Source: Octopus sinensis (taxonomy: Eukaryota). Taken from it: 41,698 nucleotides of DNA. Position numbers and translations under genes: made by a program. The stretch lies in NCBI RefSeq assembly GCF_006345805.1, contig NW_021835238.1, positions 1 through 41,698 of the forward strand, in the 5' to 3' direction. The notes beneath the pieces are model-generated. The model did not search any database. It was not told the DNA's origin and saw only the letters and a list, made by a program, of their open reading frames with translations. This document shows, one piece after another, positions 32,495 through 41,698 of this stretch (the stretch's first letter is position 1; each line of letters starts with the position of its first letter).

Positions 32495-34449
32495 TGAAGA
32501 AAAATGAGATAGGAAGATGGATAGCTAGAAGAGAGCAAGAGAGGGAGAATATTTTGAATTAAACAAATTTCCCGAAAGTCATCGTTGTTGTGTTTATTAT
32601 ATTTGATGTTTGTTATTGAAAACTGTGAAATAATGGTTGATGGTTGGCCAAGGCCGATGATGACGTAGGGTGGTGGTGGTGGTGGTGGAGGGAGGGAGGC
32701 TGTGTTTGATGGGTTATGTTCTGAATCAATACAGACAGTTGTGTGTGCCGAGAGGCTTCTCTGGTTGATAATTCGTCAAGGTCGCTGGTGATGTATGAAC
32801 AGATATGTATTAATTTGTAGTCACATAGTCTGACTTACTGCTTTTGCTGTTGTTGTTGTTATTTTTGTTGCTGTTGTTATTGCTGCCGCTGGTGCTGTTG
32901 TTTACAGGTGAATTCTAAATGAGGTCTTTATGAAAATAAACGTCCAAGCTGTCACCATCACGCCATTGAACATACCTATAGCTACATTGTCAAACATGTT
33001 CTTCCTTTTTCTTTTGAAAACTCTACTGCAGCTTGAAGATTTGCCTTCTATTTCTACCGACCCCGTTGACTTTCAGCGTGGATAAATGTCCCCAGTGCTG
33101 CTGTTACTTCTGCTTTACATACATTTATGGTTCTTACATTACCGTAACATTTCAACCCCTTGTTTCTAAGTGTTTTTACTTTTAGAATAGCTCTCAGCAT
33201 ATCATAATTGATCAAACATATAAGGAAACGTCAAATTAATTGAGTTATTCGCCTGAAATTAATATCCCATATGGACGTACTGTGTTAAATGAAACAAAAT
33301 TATATCAGTAGCAGACGTGTATAGTCCAGCAACGGTGGTGAGAATGTTCGTTGCGAATTTCTGCCTTTTTGCGGCTTCGTCAGCAGCGAGTACTTGCTGG
33401 CAATTGTATGCCAAAGAAAAATCCATCATTACTAATAGAAGAAAGCAGTGACCGAAATATCCATAATGTTGCAATTAACTGGTTGGCTGCATTGTATGCA
33501 ACAGAAATGTCATTAGATTAAAATAGCTATCTGTGCTTCATATTTAAAGCAAAGACATGGTATTCATCTGGTGGCAGCATCTCTTATGGATACACTTCGT
33601 TAAATAACAGAAATATATCTGAATTAAATATTTCAAGCAATCACTAATTTATGTTTCTGAGTTTATAAATTACAATTCTTCTTGAATTTAGCATGGTTTT
33701 ATTCAATGAAATTTGAACACGTTTCTCCGGATCCTCGTTTCACCTTGCGAAGTGCGCAACTACTACCTGGTTGGCGGCACAATAACAGAGTCACACGTAA
33801 GAAATTTAGATATGTTTATTGATACATTAATCTAGAGATCAAAGATTTAACAGCGAAATAACGATCTATGATAGAGAAGAATGCCTGGCACCCTTGTCCC
33901 GTTTTATCACTCTTATGACCTGAACTCAAATTTGAAGAGTAGCCCTAAGTGTAGAGTGATTAACTCAGAAAATCCAGAGTCAGGTGTAGTTAGCAAAAAG
34001 GGAAAAAAAGGAAAAGAAAAAGGAGAAAAATCAGAAAACTCCTGGTAAAATCAGTTTGTTTTTAGAAGATTGGAATATTTTCGTAGGTTAAAACAGAAAT
34101 ATAATAGCAGATTCATGCAGTTTTACAAAGCTGGTTTTCATTTTTAGCTTTACGAATACAAAGATATTAATGAGTTAGAGTTAAACATTAATGTGGTAAT
34201 GAACTCAAGAAAAAGACTTTTGTTTTTCGATAACAACACTTGGATTTACAAAGAGCAGAGATAAATTGTTCGGTGTGTCTACTGAGGCGTATAATGATGA
34301 TCAGGCTCGGATTACCAACTGAAGGATTGAAAACGTGTAACTCAGAGGACTGTAGAATACAATGTTTCTAAGTTATAATGTTATAACATTCTATACTTAT
34401 AAATTGAGTTCTGTAATCTATCACTTCTAAATGACTCATCACCATCATG

Positions 34450-34481
<32 letters not shown>

Positions 34482-35000
34482 TCACACACAGATACACACA
34501 CACATGTGTATATTTTTGCTATAATTATAACGCTGTAGAGCATGAGACTTGTTCGCCCTCAAAATTTATTTCTTTTTATTTTACAATTTTATAATACAGC
34601 ATATTTTTATAGGCTTTATGTTTCCACTGCACAAATTACGGGCAGTTGCAAATGCAACCTGGAAGGATTTTCTTTCAAGCTCTATCCATTTGGCTTACCA
34701 TTTGGAAACACGTGTAAGTCACAAAGACCATAAAATTATGCCGTATAAAATTGTAAAATAAGAGGAAATAAATTTTGAGGATGAACAAGTCTTATGTTCA
34801 ATATCGTTATAATTATTGCTAAAATATACTTCAATCAATATTACCGTCCAGTGAAGCGGAAACGGCATTACCCATCGGAGGAATTTACAGAGTAAATGAC
34901 AGTAGTCATAGATGTTAAATACTGTTTGATGCAATTAGCCGTAACCTGGAACATAACTCAGAGCCGCCACGGTATCTGCCTGGATGTTATATCCCCCAAA

Positions 35001-35083
<83 letters not shown>

Positions 35084-35437
35084 TGTGTCTGTGTGTAACC
35101 ATTTATGAATCATAATCTACAGACTAGTTGCTGTAGTGTTTGTTCTTATGGATCTGTTATGTTAAGAACAATAAATATCAGTGAGAGAAAAAGACGAAAA
35201 TTCCTCCGAGCAGCAGTTGTGGATGCAGCTTCCTAATCGCTTGGTCACGTGCCGCGTTCACATAGAAATATGGATATTTAAAAATGTCAAAGAGGGAATA
35301 AATTGAAGACAAGGCTTGAAATCCTCTCAAGATAAGTTACACGATATAGGTAAGTCAGTAAAACTGTAGAATACAATCAGCAATCGGAAGACAGGGCTAC
35401 AGGATGGCAAGGTCTTTGTTGACCCTTCCATATTTTA

Positions 35438-35566
35438 GCCTTATGGCCTAGTTATAAGTGCCGGGTTTACGATTATAACTTTTGATCCCTGGACCAGGTA
35501 ACAAATGATGTCCTTGAGCAAGGCACTTCCTCTCACTTCATTCCAGTCTACTCAGCTAAGAATGAG
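35438..35566 (+). mobile_element. Degenerate SINE family C head and CORE
   Basis: TTATGGCCTAGTT...TTTGATCCCTGGACCAGG...TCCTTGAGCAAGGCACTT...CCAGTCTACTCAGCT. Confidence 0.6.
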
Positions 35567-36354
35567 AACTGTCCTCGTGCTAGGGCGGTTCTCTCCCCGC
35601 TCAGCTGTTACACTTTCAATGTCCCTACCGTGGGAAGGGGACGAAAGCCGTATAGGTGCCTATGTCTCCTCATCTAGAATATTTATTGAAGGTGTGGAAC
35701 AAGCCATTATGTTACCGTCGCTTGCAAGTGACGGCTACGCTCTGTAAGATTGTTGAAAAAAAATGGTTTGTTTTTGTCTCGGCTGAACTTTTACGTTCTT
35801 AAGTAGGGAAGTAGAGCTTCCATTAATATGGAAATTAAAAGTGACTTAATAAATAATAGAAAGAATATGATAGTGGTGTAAAATATAGCAATGTTAATTG
35901 AAAATTATAAAAGAGATTGTGCCAAGATACAATGAGCAGAGAGTGAGATGATAGTCAGAAAAAGACGTTTACAAGCAACACAATTAGAGAAAAGGCAACG
36001 AGGAGCGTTAATGAAAGCTCTACAATATTGAACGCCATGTTTGCGTCATTAAATCATAAATGCTGAGAAAAGCAGATATTACTTAATCGTGTACAGGTGT
36101 GGTTTTTGGATGAAATGAAATAAACCTGAAAGCTGTGAAAATTACATGGAGTTTTGCCAAGTTTTCCGTTATGTCTGTTAATTTTTTGTTTTATAACAGT
36201 TCCGCCACCGTTGTTAACTCACCGACACATTAAACTCATTGTGATTGTTGGAGGTGCGGTAGTGATCTGAAAACCAATCGGCACCATTTTGTTATTTTGC
36301 CATGCGCAGGAAATTAGCAGGAATTTACGATTGATCAGGTGACTTGCTCAAACA

Positions 36355-36600
36355 CTTATGTGTTTAAGAAGCATCTCAATTTGTAACCACGTAGGTGTCG
36401 GTTTCGGTCTCACTGCGCGGCGCGGTGTCTTGGGGGAGTAGCTTCTCCCGTACCCTGGAGTCGACCACACCCACACACACACACACACACACATACACAC
36501 ACACACCACACACACACACACACATGTATACGTTTGTGTGTGTGTATTTTGTGTCTGTGTTGTAATTCCCCACCGCATCCACTGACAAGCGATGTCAATT
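36355..36600 (+). mobile_element. Highly degenerate SINE family A
   Basis: GTGTTTAAGAAGC...AACCACGTAGG...GGTCTCACTGCGCGGC head, then microsatellite, then tail start GACAAGCGATGT. Confidence 0.55.
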
Positions 36601-36608
36601 TGCTTGTA

Positions 36609-37119
36609 GTGGATCTCATAGATTCTGATCTTAGTTGATTGAAAGTGATAGCATGTATATGTTTTGTCACGTGTTAAAGATAGGCGACAGCAAATACTCT
36701 GCTAAATACCGCAGATTTTTTTATTTGCTTCACCTTATACAGTTGAGCATGTTCCTTACTGACGATATTTGTATTTCTGATCATGGGCAGGAGTTGTGTA
36801 GGAGTTACATAGCCATGTGTTGAGAAGAATTCTTTGGGGTTTGAATAATTCACCCCTGGAAACAAAGGGTTGTTTCATTCATCATCTTTAAACAACCCTA
36901 GTTCAGGGAACTTTTGAGCGAGATGGACTCAACCTGAATAAAATTCTAACTGGGCCTCTCCTGCTAGGTCATGCATTATTTATTGTGATTTGAGGCCATC
37001 ACAACGCGCACATATGGTTGCGATGCATGTACCTGGTGTACCATTATTAGATAGGGAGTCGTGATGGGTATATTGGGTTTCGTATATTTGTACTCCAGTG
37101 TCACGTTGATGGCATCCAC
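36609..37119 (+). mobile_element. Unclassified interspersed repeat, copy 2 (strand arbitrary)
   Basis: Homologous to the reverse complement of 14905-15297 and extends further 3'. Confidence 0.75.
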
Positions 37120-37222
37120 GATAAATTAATATCCAATTTAAGGAAAGAGAGCCTGAAAACAGGTTGCTCTCCGCCCTCATAGAATCAACCGGAACAAGTA
37201 AGACCGAGAGCTCTGAGAAATG

Positions 37223-37223
<1 letters not shown>

Positions 37224-37307
<84 letters not shown>

Positions 37308-37325
37308 GTAATAATAATGATGCTG

Positions 37326-37385
<60 letters not shown>

Positions 37386-37392
37386 GTAATCA
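37224..37392. repeat. (AAT)n microsatellite
   Basis: Direct reading. Confidence 0.97.
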
Positions 37393-37394
37393 TA

Positions 37395-37600
37395 GTGATC
37401 AGATATGTTCACTGGCTGCTGTACGGTAAAACAAATCTCGCGAGGCGGAACAATGGTATGAACACAAGCCAGAGGGAGTAATGGAAGACGAACATTACAA
37501 AATACTCTGGGATTTTAACATGCAGGGTGACCAAGTGATAGAGGCGAGACGACCAGATGAAAAAAGAAGGAAAGATAATAGATGTTGCACTAGCAAGGCA
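37395..37600 (+). mobile_element. Internal fragment of an R4/Dong-like LINE (RLE domain)
   Basis: RYVHWLL / EQWYEHKPEGVMEDEHYKILWDFNMQGDQVIEARRPD / IIDVA. Confidence 0.8.
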
Positions 37601-37675
37601 TAGATGGCCTTCGGCTTAATTTGAAGGCACAAAACTAGAAGAAATGAACCGCGCCTTTAATGTCACTATCATCAT

Positions 37676-37716
<41 letters not shown>

Positions 37717-38045
37717 CCACCACCACCACCACCACCACCACCGCCACCACCACTATCACCATCTGCGCTATTTTATTTAACGGCTGCAATGATGATGTTT
37801 GGCGAGTAAAACTTTTCTTAGTAGTGATGGTCATTGTGATCGGCTTGATCGGCTTGTGGTCAGACCCTTATAGAAACGAAAGAAAACCACATCGTTGCCG
37901 TCGTCGTCATGGACTTTAACGTCGCCGTTATCATTGTTACTATGCCACGATCAAACAATTTCCTTGTTATTTTCGTTGCTAATTTTTGGTTCATCGGGAT
38001 CTTGCTATGATTCTAGCTACATTACTTCATTATTTCGCTAGTTTA

Positions 38046-38046
38046 C

Positions 38047-38094
<48 letters not shown>

Positions 38095-38160
38095 TATTAT
38101 CATTATTATTATTATTATTGTTGTTGTTGTTTTTGTTATTATTATCATCATCATCATCAG

Positions 38161-38198
<38 letters not shown>

Positions 38199-38231
38199 GT
38201 ATCATCATCATTATCATCATCATCATCATCA

Positions 38232-38284
<53 letters not shown>

Positions 38285-38481
38285 TTATTATTATTTTATA
38301 TTATTATTATTATTATTATTGTTATTATTATTCATCGTTGTTTGTAATTTCTTCAGGTAATGACTTTCGTTTCGTTTCGGCTTTTTCCTGTATGGGGAAA
38401 TACTTTTGCATGACTTCTCTCGCTAAAACCACAGACAGGAAATTATTTTAATCGAAATCCTTTGTTTTCTTTCTTTCTTCT

Positions 38482-38525
<44 letters not shown>

Positions 38526-38696
38526 GTCTCCTTTCGTCTTTCTCCGAATATCGCTTTTTATCTTTTCCGCCTTATTTTTTTCTTTCCTTCTTCATTCTTT
38601 CCTTTTTCTATCCCATTTCTTTTTCCCATTTTGTTTTGCCATTCCAATTTCAGTTTTTGCTTCTCTCATACTTTTTGATGCTCATTCTTGCAAGTG

Positions 38697-38781
<85 letters not shown>

Positions 38782-38826
38782 TTATCTATCTATCTATATA
38801 TATATATATATCTATCTCTATATCTG

Positions 38827-38899
<73 letters not shown>

Positions 38900-38900
38900 G

Positions 38901-38949
<49 letters not shown>

Positions 38950-38960
38950 GTCTGTCTGTC
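38046..38960. repeat. Microsatellite field: (ATC)n/(ATT)n, (TTTC)n, (ATCT)n
   Basis: Direct reading; source of the poly-S/L/M and YLSI ORFs. Confidence 0.93.
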
Positions 38961-39573
38961 TGTTTGTCTATCTATCTCCCTCTCTGTCCGTCTACCTGTC
39001 GGACAGTCCATCCATGTCTATATGTATATATGTATCTATGTATATATCTATTTGTCTCTCTGTCTATCCATCCACCTGTGTATGTAGCTTTCTCTCTCTC
39101 TATCTGTCTATCTATCCTCATTATTACATTTTATTCAACATGGCGTTTGTCATATATCCTCACTCTGATATTTCCCCTTCATTTTCTTCCCATCTCCCTC
39201 ACTATCCCACTTCAAACAGATTCAGGCATATTCCAATATGTGGTCTTCTCAATCAAAGAATAACAACAATCCACATCACAACATCTGGAAAGGTCAAGTC
39301 TACAATACATTATTGCTTCTACTAAATGCTCTGTCTGGAAAGTTACATCCGACTGACTAGCGTCCTATCCAGGAATAATTAATGTTTCATCCAAATTATA
39401 GCAGAAAACCACGTCTCATTGAACATTTGTTGATTCAACTGACTCGCACAATACATGATATGATATTGTATAATTAATCTGATGGATATATCACGTTACA
39501 AACTGGTGCATTCATACATGCATATAAAGACATACATGCAAACATACATGCGCGCGCACACGAACACACACAC

Positions 39574-39621
<48 letters not shown>

Positions 39622-40037
39622 TACACACACACTCACACACACACATAAGCAATGTTTGTAGCCGCTACAACATGGCTGTTCGTTAGAACGGACTGTACTG
39701 CGATTGTTTAACCCCAAGAGGACGTCACCTCTAGCTGGTTAACGATGCATGGCTGCATCCAAGATAATGCGAGCAGGGGAGCGAACCCCCACCGCTTTCT
39801 ATCAACAAGACCAGAAGACCAGCCTGGTTTCGGGCTATATCTGCCTCACTTCAGGACTGGACATCTCGTCCGCTAGAAATGGCAGCTGCTGGCTTCTGAT
39901 CACAATATACATATATATCAAAGCAAATGTTTGCTGGCTGCAGTCTAATTACTCAAGCAAGAAAAAGATAAATGACACACACACACACACACACACAACA
40001 CACACGCACACACAACACACCACATATATATATATAC

Positions 40038-40081
<44 letters not shown>

Positions 40082-40263
40082 AGTATGTATGTATATAGAC
40101 ACACACACACACACACAGACACACACATACATATACAAACTGTTCTTGGAAACTATAAAGGCAGAGCACTGTCTGTTTTTTTTTTCTGGCGAACTATACA
40201 ACCCAAATTCATGAGACTCATCTCTAGACAGGACATGGAATAGGAGAAGGGTTTGCCATACCC

Positions 40264-40674
40264 TTACTCTTTACTCTTTTACTTGTTTCAGTCATTTGAC
40301 TGCGGCCATGCTGGAGCACCGCCTTTAATCGAGCAACTCGACCCCGGGACTTATTCTTTGTAAGCCCAGTACTTATTCTATCGGTCTCTTTTGCCGAACC
40401 GGTAAATTACGGGGACGCAAACACCCCAGCATCGGTTGTCAAGCAATGCTAGGGGGACAAACACAGACACACAAACATACACACACATACATATATATGC
40501 ACATATACGACAGGCTTCTTTCAGTTTCCGTCTACCAAATCCACTCACAAGGCATTGGTCGACCCGATGCTATAGTAGAAGACACTTGCCCAAGGTGCCA
40601 CGCAGTGGGACTGAACCCGGAACAATGTGGCTGGTAAACAAGCTACTTACCACACAGTCACTCCTGCGCCTATA
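40264..40674 (-). mobile_element. SINE family A, near-intact copy (same subfamily as 271-690)
   Basis: Full head to tail; shares the variants AGTAGCTTGTTTACC and AATGCCTTGTGAG with the copy at 271. Confidence 0.92.
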
Positions 40675-40863
40675 TTCAGATTTACTGAAATCCCCAAATA
40701 AATTAGATGATAATTCAAAAACACATTGCGAACCAGAAACCCCCTGTTCAAAACTATAAGGCCAGGTTGAATAATATTGCAAAAATGATGCAAAACAGGG
40801 AAGTTATGATATGCCTCTGACCACGAATAAATTGTGCTTTATATCTATCTATCTACCTACCTA

Positions 40864-40894
<31 letters not shown>

Positions 40895-40984
40895 GTACCT
40901 CGCTATATATATATATATAGTACCTAGAACAACTCCGATCGTGAATAAATCGTGCTTTATAAATATATTATCTATATATATACA

Positions 40985-41698
40985 CATAAATAGGTTTCGG
41001 CCAGTATAGGCCCAGGCCATGTCTAACTTAATAGCACCACCTGGTGAAGTTTTTAGTCATATATGGGGCATCATGGCCCACTCTAGCAAAGAGTTACTAT
41101 TGTTGGAGACATATCCGGGTGTAGGAGGTTGGTCTGGGATTTTTTGAAGAAATTTGTCCAGTGAACATTTGAATTCTATGGGATCCATTTCCGTTTTGAC
41201 ATATTTTAGCATGGTATTAAAGTGAGCTGCACCGGTTGAGATAAAGCAATTGTGACGCAGTATTATGTGTGCTGAGTTTGATTTTTGTAGTGGCCAGATA
41301 GCATGGGGGCCAAGTCTTGGATGGATTTTAAAATTGATGCCAGCATCATTTATGCAATATTGATGGAATATTTTCCACATCACACAAATGATGTAGCGCT
41401 CCCGGTGGCGTTGGAAAGAGTAGAAATTGAGTCTTTTAGTCGACCCCAATAGTCAATGTCTCTCATGCCGTCTATCTTTCTTGTTATTGACCTCTGGAGT
41501 GCTTCCACTTTCATTATGAGTTGCTTCGTATGGGGAGACCACAGTGGGCAACAGCATTCAAAGTGGAGTCAAAGTAGAGAAGGATGATGGTGTAGGCATC
41601 TGTGGACCGGAAAGTTCTCAGAATCCAGGAGCATATCTTGCGGACCAAGTCAACCTTGCTGTTTATGTGAGAACTCCAGCTTGGATTGTTATCAAGAA
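40985..41698 (-). mobile_element. CR1/L2-group LINE, RT C-terminal region and 3' UTR (runs off the window)
   Basis: LNFYSFQRHRERYII..WKI..HPRLG..FKCSLDKFLQKIPDQP..PGY..NSLLEW is the typical CR1-type C-terminus; frameshifted upstream. Confidence 0.8.

Noticed and set aside
34294-34350. Possible C/D box snoRNA (ATGATGA...GGATTACCAA-CTGA)
   Set aside because: No terminal D box or terminal stem; the recalled complementarity to 28S rRNA is only about 9 nt and cannot be verified.
35620-35665. GTCCC...GGGAC-GAAA (hammerhead?)
   Set aside because: No CTGANGA upstream and no valid UH triplet.

Overview
Repeat-dense, AT-rich eukaryotic DNA, most likely from an octopus (coleoid cephalopod); this is inferred from the SINE families and the microsatellite load. 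No intact host gene, rRNA, true tRNA or CRISPR array is recognisable, and most listed ORFs are microsatellite or antisense artefacts. The window holds three tRNA-derived SINE families (about 20 copies or fragments) and six remnants of R4/Dong-like LINEs with restriction-like endonuclease (RLE). One of these is nearly full length, and almost all abut A-rich triplet microsatellites. It also holds a decayed Ty3/Gypsy pol with a probable 3' LTR and a foldback MITE in its RT, a hAT-like MITE, a CR1-type LINE 3' end, and an unclassified repeat present twice. Two features stand out. First, a minimal type I hammerhead ribozyme with a complete core (29767-29812, minus strand) lies just downstream of an RLE-LINE on the same strand, with two decayed relatives elsewhere. 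Second, a 2.16-kb retroposon bounded by a target-site duplication (TSD) carries only a gag-like ORF1 and is inserted into the tRNA-like head of a SINE (16624-18785).
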